Below are positions 18,785-28,192 of a stretch of 64,000 nucleotides of DNA, piece by piece. Origin of the DNA: Longimicrobiales bacterium (GTDB taxonomy: Bacteria; Gemmatimonadota; Gemmatimonadetes; Longimicrobiales; Gaopeijiaceae). Below the pieces are notes generated by a model, which did no database searches, was not told the origin of the DNA, and saw only the letters and a list, made by a program, of their open reading frames with translations. How positions within the stretch are numbered: the first letter of the stretch is position 1; every line of letters starts with the position of its first letter. The stretch covers positions 1,782,302-1,846,301 of the forward strand of contig OY730414.1 in assembly GCA_963422615.1 (NCBI GenBank), read 5' to 3'. Made by a program: the position numbers and the translations under genes.

Positions 18785-19966
18785 TCACCGGGCTCCTCGG
18801 GTCCGGCATCGGACCAGGAAGTCGTCGATGGACACGATCGGCTTTCCGTACTTCCGGGCCGTTCGGGCTTTGACCGACGCGCTGGACACGTCCGAGGCCA
18901 CAAGAACGTCGCAATTCCCCTTGGTTACACTCGGGACGGGCCTCCATCCGTTTTCGCCAGCGAGATCCTGCAGTTGGCTTCGACGCCATAACCGGCCTTG
19001 AACCATGGCCTGCCCCGTAAAGCAGATTCGCATCCCCGGAGACCAGTCCGGCCCGCCCGCACAAGGTGTCGGCTCGGGAACGCTCGACGCGTCGACCCGA
19101 AGCTGGACCGCGATCCGCTGGAGAATTCTGTGTTCGGCGTCGCTGACGAATCCGTCGCGCTCGGCGGCATCGACCATGCTCCGGAAGTAGGCGCGGTGAA
19201 CCTCCTGCTGTCTGGATCGAGTCAGACCCCAAGCCCTCGCAAGCTTGTCCATCTCGGACCGCTCCGCCCGATCGATGACGCCGTCGTCCAGCACCCAATC
19301 CAGCGCGTCAAGGTAACAGATCGTCGCCTCGTCTCCGAACGCGTAGGTGGACCTGCCGACAACCCGGTGCATGAGACTGGCCTCCGCATCCGCAAGTCCC
19401 CGGCGGTGCGTTCGCGGGGTGGCAAACGGGACAGTCCCCTCCACCAACGTGGGATGGGCGGGCAGGTTGCGATCCTTGAACCCCAATCGCTTGGCGAGTT
19501 CGGCGGTACAGCGAGCGTCGGCCAGGGCCCGGTGGGCGCGGGTCAGATGTATTCCCGCCTCCTGGCAGGCCTCGTTCAGTTTGGCACGGGTCGCGCTCAG
19601 CGTGCACCAGCCTTGGCCAAATTCGATCGGTACGCCCTGCCGCTCGAACTCATAGCGAATCATGCGCGTGTCGAAGGGCAGGTTGTGGGCGATCAGAACC
19701 GCCCCGCGCAATCGCCGGGCCACGGCAGGAAGCACGTCTGCAAAAACCGGGGCCAGCTCCACCATCCCGGCTGTGATTCCGTGTACGCCGGTCGGACCCA
19801 CATCCCGTTCCGGGTTAACCAGGGTGTCGTACTCGTCCACTGTCTCCCAGGTCTCCCGGTCAAGGGCGACGATCGCAATCTCGACGACCCGATCCCGCCT
19901 GCCGAATCCGGTGGTCTCCACATCGACCGCCGCGAGCTTCGGGCGCTGCTCAAGTACGCTTCGCAT
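18785..19966 (-). CDS. DnaQ-like DEDDh 3'-5' exonuclease with TerB-like and BRCT domains
   Basis: VDVETTG, HGIT, IAHNLPFD and HRALADA; central LDDGVIDRAE/ERDGFVSDAE; C-terminal ICFTG..SVTK..DVLVASD..KARTARKYGKPIV. Confidence 0.88.
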   Translation of the reverse strand: MRSVLEQRPKLAAVDVETTGFGRRDRVVEIAIVALDRETWETVDEYDTLVNPERDVGPTGVHGITAGMVELAPVFADVLPAVARRLRGAVLIAHNLPFDTRMIRYEFERQGVPIEFGQGWCTLSATRAKLNEACQEAGIHLTRAHRALADARCTAELAKRLGFKDRNLPAHPTLVEGTVPFATPRTHRRGLADAEASLMHRVVGRSTYAFGDEATICYLDALDWVLDDGVIDRAERSEMDKLARAWGLTRSRQQEVHRAYFRSMVDAAERDGFVSDAEHRILQRIAVQLRVDASSVPEPTPCAGGPDWSPGMRICFTGQAMVQGRLWRRSQLQDLAGENGWRPVPSVTKGNCDVLVASDVSSASVKARTARKYGKPIVSIDDFLVRCRTRGAR

Positions 19967-19999
19967 GTTCGAATGATGGCAATAGGGATGTCTGCCTAG

Positions 20000-20073
<74 letters not shown>

Positions 20074-20289
20074 TGATCGTAGGTAAAGAACCAGGGCAAT
20101 TTGACGGGGTGGCCATCGAATCTCAAGCAGGTGGGTGATGGCTGGGTGGCACCGATCCCGGTGACGGAGCAGGCCGAACCGTCCAGCTTGCCGCGAATCC
20201 CCACTCGGCGCTAGATTTCCTCTGGTGGTTTCTCCCGGGGAGCCGTCGCCCGGAAATCAAAGTTGGCCGTGACGGTGAGAGGGGTAGCT

Positions 20290-20916
20290 GTGAGGGATCA
20301 GCGGGACGAACGGGAGCGAGACGCACGGGAAGTGTCGGTCAACCTGAACCTTACTCTTCCCGGCGCGGCGGACGGGAGCGGGGAAGCGAACGCCCCTCCG
20401 GCGAAGGTGAGCCATGAGCCTCGCTATTCCGCGGGGCTGGGCTACGGGTTGTGGTGCGCGGGCTTGGTGGGGGCGTGTGGCATCCACCGCTTTTACGTGG
20501 GCAAGGTTGGCACTGGCTTGCTATGGCTATTGACGTTCGGGTTGCTGGGAATCGGACAGATTTTTGATCTCTTTACGATGAGGTCGCTCGTACGCGACGC
20601 CAACCTTCGGGAGGGCTTTACTCTCCATCCCCGACAGTTGACGGGAGCCCAAAGGCATGCCCAGCTCAACCAAGGCACGTCCCAGCGCATTCCGCCGCAG
20701 AGTCTCCGCCAGCAGTTGCTGCACGCGGCAGTGAGAAACGGGGGGGAGCTCACGGTGACCCAGGGCGTTATGGAGACCGGCAGGGACTTTGATGAGATTG
20801 AGAAGGCTCTGGCGGAGATGGCGGATAGAGGGTACGTGGATGTGGACAACGCGCCCGGCAGCGGGGTGGTCGTCTACCGCTTTGCGGAGATGCGCGGAGG
20901 TCGTAGTTCCGGCTGA
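20290..20916 (+). CDS. TM2/NINE-domain membrane protein with C-terminal winged-helix-like domain
   Basis: GIHRFYVGKVGTGLLWLLTFGLLGIGQIFDL TM2 motif; C-terminal GGELTVTQGVMETG...GYVDVDN..SGVVVYRF; start uncertain. Confidence 0.8.
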   Translation: MRDQRDERERDAREVSVNLNLTLPGAADGSGEANAPPAKVSHEPRYSAGLGYGLWCAGLVGACGIHRFYVGKVGTGLLWLLTFGLLGIGQIFDLFTMRSLVRDANLREGFTLHPRQLTGAQRHAQLNQGTSQRIPPQSLRQQLLHAAVRNGGELTVTQGVMETGRDFDEIEKALAEMADRGYVDVDNAPGSGVVVYRFAEMRGGRSSG

Positions 20917-20976
20917 ACCTTTGACCCCACGACCCCCCGAAGTCCCTTATTTGCACGGTGGAAGAGAGATATTCCG

Positions 20977-22872
20977 ATGGTGATGAAGACGCTGTTTTTC
21001 CTAGCGGTCGGGGTCCAGGCCGCCCCGGAGCGAATCGACGTGACGCCGGCCCGCGTGGCCCTGGAAGTGGGGGAGACTGTCGCCCTCACGGCCCGGGCTG
21101 TTGCCGTAGACGGCACCCCGCTGGCCGACGCGGCGGTGGTTTGGTTTGCCACCCCTCCCGAAGTTGTGGACATAGACCAAGCCGGGCAGGTGAGGGCCGT
21201 CTCCCCGGGCGAAGCCCGGGTGGCCGCCCGGATCGGCAACGTCATGGGTTTTACGACCGTGGTCGTTCACCCGGCGCCAGCCGCTGAAATTGTTGCGTCC
21301 CTCCCGGCGGAGGTTCTTGCTCCCGGAACGAGCGCCCCCCTCCGAGTGACGGCGCTTGACCAAGACGGGGAAGCCGTCCCTTCCGCCGTGATCTTCTCGT
21401 CCAGTAACGAAGGCGTCGCGGCGGTGGATGCGACGGGGCGGGTCTTCGCCCTTGCCGTGGGCGTGGCGGAGATCGGGGCCGCGTCGGGCAATGCTTCAGC
21501 CTCTGTGCGACTGGAGGTCGGCGGCACCCCCCCGGATCGAATCACGTTGAGCCCCCGGGACGCCCAGGTCCGCACCGGAGATGTGGTGCGCTTTCGGGCC
21601 CAGGCCAGCGGGGGCGCGACCGAAACGACGCTTTATCCGGCGTGGAGCGTGGACGGAAGCGGTGCCCAGATTGAGGCCGAAGGCGCGGAGGGAGTCTTTG
21701 TCGCGGAAGACCCGGGAACGTACCGGGTCACGGCCTTTGTGGGGGAGGATCGGGCCGTCACCGCCTTGATCAACGTTTCGGCCCGGATTGAGGAGGCCGA
21801 ATTGGTGAAGGTGGGAAGGGGTGCTGCCGCAGACCATCACTCGGGCGACACATGGGTGTTCGAAGGGGTCGACGGTAGGGATTATGCCTATGTCGGAACC
21901 TTCATGTACGATTGGATGAAGGCGTGGGACGTGACCGACCCCGGTTCGCCCGTCCTCACCGACTCGGTTCAGCTGGACGCCCGCCGGATCAACGACGTGA
22001 AGATTCATGCAAGCAATCGGATCGGCATCCTTACCCGGGAAGGGGCCTCGGACCGCCAAAACGGAGTCGTGGTCCTGGATCTTTCGAATCCGGCTCACCC
22101 GTCGGTCCTTTCCGAGTACAAGCGCACCGTGCCCGGGGGCGTTCACAACGTGTGGATCGAAGGCGATCTCGTCTACGCGGTTCACAACGGAACGAGCGAC
22201 ATCCACATCATCGACGTCTCCGACCCGGCGGCCCCGGACGAGGTCGGGCGCTGGGGTCTTCCGGATTCCCCGTCCAAGTCCCTCCACGACGTGATCGTTC
22301 AGGACGGATACGCGTACCTTTCCTATTGGGACGACGGCGCGGTCATGCTGGATGTGGGCGCCGGTACGCATGGCGGAACGCCGACGGAGCCCCGTTTCGT
22401 TTCCCGTTTCAGGTACCCGACCGGGAACACCCACACCGCATGGCGGGCGGGACGTTACCTCTTTGTCGGCGACGAGATCTTTCCGTCCGACTGGAACGCC
22501 GATGCCCCCATTGAGGCTCGGGGGTACGTTCATGTTCTGGATATGCAGAACCCGGAGCGGCCGGTCGAAGTTGCGAGGTACGAGGTGCCAGAGGCCGGAG
22601 CCCACAACATCTGGGTCGAGGGAGACCGGCTATACGTCGGTTACTACCAGGCGGGTCTCCGGGTTCTGGACATCTCCGGGGAGCTTCGGGGCGACCTGTA
22701 TCGCCAGGGGCGAGAGATCGCGGTTCTCAAAACCACGGACGGGGAGTCCACCGTGCCCAACTGGGGCATGACCTGGGGTGCCCAGATTCACAAGGGCAAC
22801 ATCTTCACTTCGGATCTGAACTCGGGGTTGTGGATCGTCAAGCTGGTGGAAGGACCAAGGATAATTTCCTGA
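20977..22872 (+). CDS. Secreted Ig-like (Big_2) + LVIVD-repeat beta-propeller protein
   Basis: IDVTP...G.V.AVSPGEA and FSSSNEGVAAVDATGRV Ig repeats; LVIVD-type blades (IHIIDVSDPAAP, LRVLDIS) with His-rich HNVW/HDV/HT/HNIW motifs. Confidence 0.8.
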   Translation: MVMKTLFFLAVGVQAAPERIDVTPARVALEVGETVALTARAVAVDGTPLADAAVVWFATPPEVVDIDQAGQVRAVSPGEARVAARIGNVMGFTTVVVHPAPAAEIVASLPAEVLAPGTSAPLRVTALDQDGEAVPSAVIFSSSNEGVAAVDATGRVFALAVGVAEIGAASGNASASVRLEVGGTPPDRITLSPRDAQVRTGDVVRFRAQASGGATETTLYPAWSVDGSGAQIEAEGAEGVFVAEDPGTYRVTAFVGEDRAVTALINVSARIEEAELVKVGRGAAADHHSGDTWVFEGVDGRDYAYVGTFMYDWMKAWDVTDPGSPVLTDSVQLDARRINDVKIHASNRIGILTREGASDRQNGVVVLDLSNPAHPSVLSEYKRTVPGGVHNVWIEGDLVYAVHNGTSDIHIIDVSDPAAPDEVGRWGLPDSPSKSLHDVIVQDGYAYLSYWDDGAVMLDVGAGTHGGTPTEPRFVSRFRYPTGNTHTAWRAGRYLFVGDEIFPSDWNADAPIEARGYVHVLDMQNPERPVEVARYEVPEAGAHNIWVEGDRLYVGYYQAGLRVLDISGELRGDLYRQGREIAVLKTTDGESTVPNWGMTWGAQIHKGNIFTSDLNSGLWIVKLVEGPRIIS

Positions 22873-23873
22873 AGGTCCGGATCCCGGAATTCGACTTCTC
22901 GGGCGCGCGAAGCCGGGTCGCTGTTCTCGCTTGGCAGACGCCGGTGGTTCCCTTGGGAACCCGAGGCGTCCAGCTTGATCGGGACGTCCGCGCCTACGAA
23001 GGCCAGCGCCGAGACGGTGCCGGCGCTGTCGTCCTGAAGCTCGAATCCCTTCAGAACACGGGTTCCTTCAAGGTACGGGGCGCCGCAAACCGCCTTGCGA
23101 AGCTGTCGGCGGCGGAGCGGGGTCGGGGTGTTGTGGCCGTTTCCTCTGGAAACCACGGCAAGGCGGTGGCGGAAGTGAGTCGCCAGATGGGCGTTTCCGC
23201 TACGGTTTGTGTTCCGGAGTGGACAGACCCTTCCAAGCTTCAGGCGATCCGGGCGTCGGGCGCGCGCGTCGTGTGTGCGGGGCCGGCCTACGACGACGCC
23301 GAAGAAGAAGCGGCAAGCCTTGCCGCCGCCGGAGAGCGGACTCTGGTCCACCCCTTTGACGACCCGGATATCATTGAGGGGCAGGGAACCATCGGCTTGG
23401 AAGTCATGGAGCAGTTTCCCTGCGTGGAAGAAGTGATCGTACCCTTGTCCGGCGGCGGTCTGGTGGCCGGCGTGGGTCTGGCAGTCAGGGAACACGGGAT
23501 TCGTGTGGTCGCCGTATCTGCCGAACGGGCCTCCGTCATGCATCACAGCATTGCGGAAGGTCACCCGGTCGAAGTTCCGGACCGAGCCACGGTCGCGTCG
23601 GCCCTTTCCGGGGGCATTGGATTGCAGAATCGGTACACGTTCGAAATCGTCGAAGATGTGGTGGCCGAGCATGTGGTCGTGTGTGAAGAGGACATCCGCA
23701 GCGCCGTGGTCCGGGCCTTCCGGGAGCACCACTTGGTCGTGGAAGGTGGGGGCGCTGTGGGGCTGGCGGCCCTGTGGTCCGGCTATCAGCCCCAAGGTCC
23801 TGCGGCCGTCATCGTTTCCGGAGGCAATATAGATCCGGCTGCACTGACCGGGCTCCTTGAAGCGGCCCCTTGA
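22869..23873 (+). CDS. PLP-dependent threonine/serine dehydratase family protein, EutB-like
   Basis: LKLESLQNTGSFKVRGA (PLP Lys), SSGNHG, HPFDD..GQGTIGLE, PLSGGGL, LSGGIGLQNRYTF and VSGGNID; start codon uncertain. Confidence 0.85.
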   Translation: MKVRIPEFDFSGARSRVAVLAWQTPVVPLGTRGVQLDRDVRAYEGQRRDGAGAVVLKLESLQNTGSFKVRGAANRLAKLSAAERGRGVVAVSSGNHGKAVAEVSRQMGVSATVCVPEWTDPSKLQAIRASGARVVCAGPAYDDAEEEAASLAAAGERTLVHPFDDPDIIEGQGTIGLEVMEQFPCVEEVIVPLSGGGLVAGVGLAVREHGIRVVAVSAERASVMHHSIAEGHPVEVPDRATVASALSGGIGLQNRYTFEIVEDVVAEHVVVCEEDIRSAVVRAFREHHLVVEGGGAVGLAALWSGYQPQGPAAVIVSGGNIDPAALTGLLEAAP

Positions 23874-23941
23874 GTTTTCCGACCCCGCAGAGATCCATCG
23901 TGCCCCGATGGAGCCGAGCCGTCGGCCAGGGCCGCAATCCC

Positions 23942-26572
23942 CTAGCGGACCCGAACGATCACAATCCGGGCCGCGCCTCCGGTTACGGAAACTTCCACTT
24001 CCATCCCATCTCCTTGACCGTCGGACTCGAAGTCGTGGAAGCGGATTCCCGCCGGCGCCAGATCCCCGGTGTACGTCGCGCTTTCGAAGCCCACCGGGGC
24101 GACTCCCGTGTGGAACCAGGGGTATTCGCCTTCCGGTTGGTGCTGCGGACGAAACAGGTCGGTGGTTGCCGACGGAAAGTCGTAGGTGCGGAAGGAGCGT
24201 TCCGGTCCGGGAGCGCCGGTGCCGACTAGCATCATGGCAGCAGCATACTGCTCAAGAAGAACCGACAGGGCATGTCCGGTCACTTCCTGGATTCCCTGTA
24301 TGCCCGCCGATGCCATCGCCGGGTCGTTCAGCGCGGAGAAGAACGAGCCGTCGGCCTTGTTGCCGGCATCCCCGTAGGCGTCGCCCAAGAACCTGTGGAA
24401 GTGCCAGGAGGTTCCGTAGAACGTGTGTTCGTCCGAAGGGTTTGTGGACAGGGAATTGATCGGTGAAGCATACGAGAGGATCGTTCTCGCCAGCCGGAGG
24501 AGCATTCCGTAGTTCTCGGGCGTAATGATCAAACCCGACCGAGGCGGGTACGCGTCTCGGTTCAGAAGCGCCCCCTGGGCCACGCCCCCCACGGCTTCCA
24601 TCGCCATTCGCGAGGAAATCTCCGCCGCGATCTCCGCCGAACCTTCCTCGATCCAACTCGGTTGGAACCCTTGCGATTTCAACCGCTTGTACAGGGAGCT
24701 CACGTGCTTGACTTCGTGCACCATCGTTGGCAGCGCCTGGTAATGGCCGTCTTGGGGCGCGCCTCCGACGGCGTCAAACATGCTCTCGTTGAAGTAGATC
24801 AGCTCCATTTCGTTGGACCAGAAACACCGGCTGACGTTGAAGAAATCCCCCGCCCAAACAAACGCGGCAATACCTTCCGAGACCACGGGAGATACGAACA
24901 CGGTTATCCTTCCATCCCCGTTCATATCCGACACGCCGCCGAAGTACTCCTCAATGGTTCGGGCCCCGTAGGCGTCATAGTAGTCGAGAACCTGGGTGGT
25001 ATCGTCGGTATCGATGGGGTCGATGGCCTGTTGCACCGAGTCCTGGTAGATGGCCAAGTCATCACTATAGGCCACGAGGAGGGCGGGCACGGCGTCGGGT
25101 GCGGGCGCTTGGCATGCCTCTCCCGACCGGCTGCTGTCATAGGGGCGAACGAGAATCCGGTCCGGGGGCGGATGCTGATCGGCAGCGATTCGGGCATCGC
25201 CCGCAGCATTTCCTAAATCGGGTAGGATCGCCTCGGGGCCCAACTCCCGAAGGAGACGACGGGCCTGGGACTGCAGCTCTTCGTGGAAGCGGGCGGTCCG
25301 ATCCGCCCGGCGGAGGCCTTCCTCAAGCTCGAGAATCGGCCCCATCTGGGCACCCAAGGATGCCGAAGTCGCCCTGGGGACTCCGAGCCCCGGTGACGAA
25401 CGGAGATCTCGGACTGTCCGGATCCCGAGCGAGGTTGCCCTCATTGCGGAGGCCCGGCCCTTCTCCGTGATCTTGACCACCGCCGCCGCCGGAAAGAAGC
25501 TCGTGGACACCTCGGTGCGGACGACGCCGATCCGGTACCGGTCTCCCGCGTTCCCCGCCGGAATAAACGGGGGGCAGGTGAATCCCTGGACGGGACTCAT
25601 CGCCTTGACCCCGCCGGACTCCAGTTGAATGGGCGCCTCGCACACTTGAAGGCTGAGCTCCTCGGTTGCCTCAAGGCCTGCGGCGTCCCGTACCCGGACA
25701 ATGAAGGTGCTGGTGCCCGAATCGGCGGCCGTTCCCAGGATGGCGCCTTCGGGATGCAGCTCAAGTCCGGAGGGCAGGGAACCGGAAGCCAGGGACCAGG
25801 TCCAAGGAGCGGTCCCCCCGATCACTTCCAGCGCCTCCCGGTACGGAACGGAGATGCGGGCCCGATCCAGAGTGGATGTTCGCACCGCCAACAGCGGGTC
25901 GGTGGCGGTGACCGTGAAGTCAACCTGCAAGGTGCCGCCGACGGCAGCTCGAAGAACCTGGATACCGACGTCCTCGCCCAAGGTCCAGCGCGTCCGAGCT
26001 TGCCCGGATGCGTCGGTGGTCCCGGTGCGGGGTGCGATCTGGCCCCCGCCGGAGATGACTTCGAAAGCGACCTGGACCCCCTGGATCGGCGTGCCTCCGG
26101 CGTCCTCCACCTGGACGATGGGGTCCTGCAGGAGGACAGACAGCGCAGGCGCGGTCTGGGAATCGCCAGCCACCGTTTTCAACCCCGCTGGCTCCAGCTC
26201 GACGTTCAGAGAAGCGCTGCCGGAAACCGTCTCGTGCGAGGCCCGGATTGCGGTCCGGCCGGGGCCCGTCACGGTGGCCAACCCTGAAGCGGAAATCTCG
26301 GCCACCGCTTCGGCGCCCGACGTCCACAGGACCTTGGCACCTGGAATCGCCGTCCCCGTGTTGTCCAAGACCTGGGCATCGTACTGAATCGTCTCCCCCA
26401 CGGTCTGGCCAACCATATTGGAAGGGGAGACCACGACGGTGGCGGGGGTTGGAGGAGCCGTGCCGTCCCCACAGGATGTGACCGTGAGAAGCGTCGCAAA
26501 CAGGGCCGCATGGCCGCTTCGGAAATGGATCGTTTTGGGGGCAACCCGAACGGCCATTTCAGCAATCTTCAT
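23942..26572 (-). CDS. Lipoprotein with Ig-like domains and a C-terminal HEXXH zinc metallopeptidase (M30-like)
   Basis: Lipobox TVTSC; Big_2/Big_1-like repeats; He_PIG-like GGTAPWTWSLASGSLPSGL; DMNGDGRIT; HEVKH...WIEEGSAE. Confidence 0.78.
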   Translation of the reverse strand: MKIAEMAVRVAPKTIHFRSGHAALFATLLTVTSCGDGTAPPTPATVVVSPSNMVGQTVGETIQYDAQVLDNTGTAIPGAKVLWTSGAEAVAEISASGLATVTGPGRTAIRASHETVSGSASLNVELEPAGLKTVAGDSQTAPALSVLLQDPIVQVEDAGGTPIQGVQVAFEVISGGGQIAPRTGTTDASGQARTRWTLGEDVGIQVLRAAVGGTLQVDFTVTATDPLLAVRTSTLDRARISVPYREALEVIGGTAPWTWSLASGSLPSGLELHPEGAILGTAADSGTSTFIVRVRDAAGLEATEELSLQVCEAPIQLESGGVKAMSPVQGFTCPPFIPAGNAGDRYRIGVVRTEVSTSFFPAAAVVKITEKGRASAMRATSLGIRTVRDLRSSPGLGVPRATSASLGAQMGPILELEEGLRRADRTARFHEELQSQARRLLRELGPEAILPDLGNAAGDARIAADQHPPPDRILVRPYDSSRSGEACQAPAPDAVPALLVAYSDDLAIYQDSVQQAIDPIDTDDTTQVLDYYDAYGARTIEEYFGGVSDMNGDGRITVFVSPVVSEGIAAFVWAGDFFNVSRCFWSNEMELIYFNESMFDAVGGAPQDGHYQALPTMVHEVKHVSSLYKRLKSQGFQPSWIEEGSAEIAAEISSRMAMEAVGGVAQGALLNRDAYPPRSGLIITPENYGMLLRLARTILSYASPINSLSTNPSDEHTFYGTSWHFHRFLGDAYGDAGNKADGSFFSALNDPAMASAGIQGIQEVTGHALSVLLEQYAAAMMLVGTGAPGPERSFRTYDFPSATTDLFRPQHQPEGEYPWFHTGVAPVGFESATYTGDLAPAGIRFHDFESDGQGDGMEVEVSVTGGAARIVIVRVR

Positions 26573-26707
26573 TGTCTTTCAACCTTTGGGTCGGAAAGTC
26601 GCGGGGCTTACTGTTTGTTACAGTACAACCTACATTTCGGAAGTTTCAAGAAACCGAACGGGATCCTCAGATCCCCAGATCAGGCGAGTAAACCTCCGGG
26701 TACCCCC

Positions 26708-27409
26708 ATGGCGACCAGTTACCGCAAGCCCGGGTCTCGTCCCAAGAGGCCCACAAACCCCGTTGACCAGGAAGATGCATTCGTTGCGACCACGCTTGAA
26801 GTCAGCAACTGGGCCCAACGAAATCGTCCCATCCTGACCCTGGGTGCAGTTGTGCTGGCCCTGGGTGTGGCCGCATTCGTCTACTATGGACGGTACAAGG
26901 AAACCCTCAACGCCACGGCCGCGGCTCAGCTGGAGCAGCTTCAGCAGCGTCTGGATACGGGAGACCAGATCGGTGTACAGGCAGACCTCCAACTCTTTTT
27001 GGAGCGGTTCGCCGGTACACCTTTCGCAGACGAGGCCCGGATTACCCTCGCGCAAGTCACCACCGAACTGGGAGACCCGGAGGCTGCCGAGGAGATTCTG
27101 GCCCCCGCGGCCCGGGATGTGAGAAGCCCGCTGGGTGCCCAAGCCGCCGGCCTGCTCGCCGCGATCTCCGAGGATACCGGGAACCTTCGGGCGGCGGAGG
27201 GACTCTACCTTCGCCTTGCAGACCGGGCCACGCTTGGCTTCCAGGTGCACGATGCTCTGGCCGACGCGGCGCGGATCCGCCGGACAACGGGGGACGTTGC
27301 GGGTGCGCTGGTCCTGTACGACCGCCTACTGGAGGAAATGGACCCGTCGGATCTGGCCCGAGGTGTGGCGGAGATGCGCCGGGCCGAGATCGCGGTCCAA
27401 CTGCGGTGA
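26708..27409 (+). CDS. YfgM-like single-pass TPR protein
   Basis: EDAFV..WAQRNR followed by one TM helix and TPR-like helices. Confidence 0.75.
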   Translation: MATSYRKPGSRPKRPTNPVDQEDAFVATTLEVSNWAQRNRPILTLGAVVLALGVAAFVYYGRYKETLNATAAAQLEQLQQRLDTGDQIGVQADLQLFLERFAGTPFADEARITLAQVTTELGDPEAAEEILAPAARDVRSPLGAQAAGLLAAISEDTGNLRAAEGLYLRLADRATLGFQVHDALADAARIRRTTGDVAGALVLYDRLLEEMDPSDLARGVAEMRRAEIAVQLR

Positions 27410-27433
27410 AGGGAAGGGGACCGGAGGAGTTCC

Positions 27434-28186
27434 TCAGGGTCCCCTTTGGTTCAGCACCTTCAGTTGGACTCCCCGGAGGCAGCGCTGCCACCAAGGGGTC
27501 GGCCAATCCCGAGACTGGACGGCTAGGCCTCGGTTGATGTAGTAGACATAAACGGCCGCTACTCTCCCCGATGCCCTGATGCGGCGACACTCCGCCATGG
27601 CCGCCTGAGCGTCACCCTCTCCCGAGTAGTGACTCCAGAGCGGGGAGTTCTGGAGCATGTCGGAAACAATCACCATCGAGTCCAGGCTGTCCCTGGCTTG
27701 GGCCAAGCGGGCCATGACCTCAACGAGGGGAGACTGGGGCGCTTCGCCGCGGTTGACGAGCCCCTCGAACGTTTCCTCGAGTTTGTTCAGCCACCGCTCG
27801 AAATCGATCTGGACCCACCGCGGATTGGCATAGATCCTGTTGGCCATGGCGCCCTGAAGCGGAACGCACCGCCGGTCATCCGCTGCCGAAGCAACGGTCC
27901 CGTCTTCGGCCAATCCGTGCATGGTGACCAACTGAAGGCGCGGCACCTCGGTGGTGTCCCGGAACAGCGCCTCGATTCGAGAGAATGCGCGCGCGCCGTC
28001 CTCCGGCGAGATCTCGTTGGACGTATCCACCAGAAGGGCGGTGTGACCTGGAATCTTCCAACCCTCGTGAAGCCAGAAGTCGGGCTTCGGGCAGTAGTCG
28101 GGCGGACGGACTTTCCTGCTGTCAAAGAACCAGACCGCGAAGCCGACGATCACGAGACCGGAAAGCGCAAACAGGAGCTTTTTCAC
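27434..28186 (-). CDS. Membrane-anchored hypothetical protein with vWA/MIDAS-like motifs
   Basis: N-terminal TM; LLVDTS, SPLVE and IVSDMLQNS motifs; four Cys; 6 bp from the upstream gene. Confidence 0.7.
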   Translation of the reverse strand: MKKLLFALSGLVIVGFAVWFFDSRKVRPPDYCPKPDFWLHEGWKIPGHTALLVDTSNEISPEDGARAFSRIEALFRDTTEVPRLQLVTMHGLAEDGTVASAADDRRCVPLQGAMANRIYANPRWVQIDFERWLNKLEETFEGLVNRGEAPQSPLVEVMARLAQARDSLDSMVIVSDMLQNSPLWSHYSGEGDAQAAMAECRRIRASGRVAAVYVYYINRGLAVQSRDWPTPWWQRCLRGVQLKVLNQRGP

Positions 28187-28192
28187 CGATCA

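Noticed and set aside
26573..27433. Second dif-like site that would bracket the 27434-29743 pair as a dif module
   Set aside because: The AT-richer stretch at 26570-26650 and the 27410-27433 gap lack the ATAA-N6-TTATG pattern; the former is more simply a divergent promoter region
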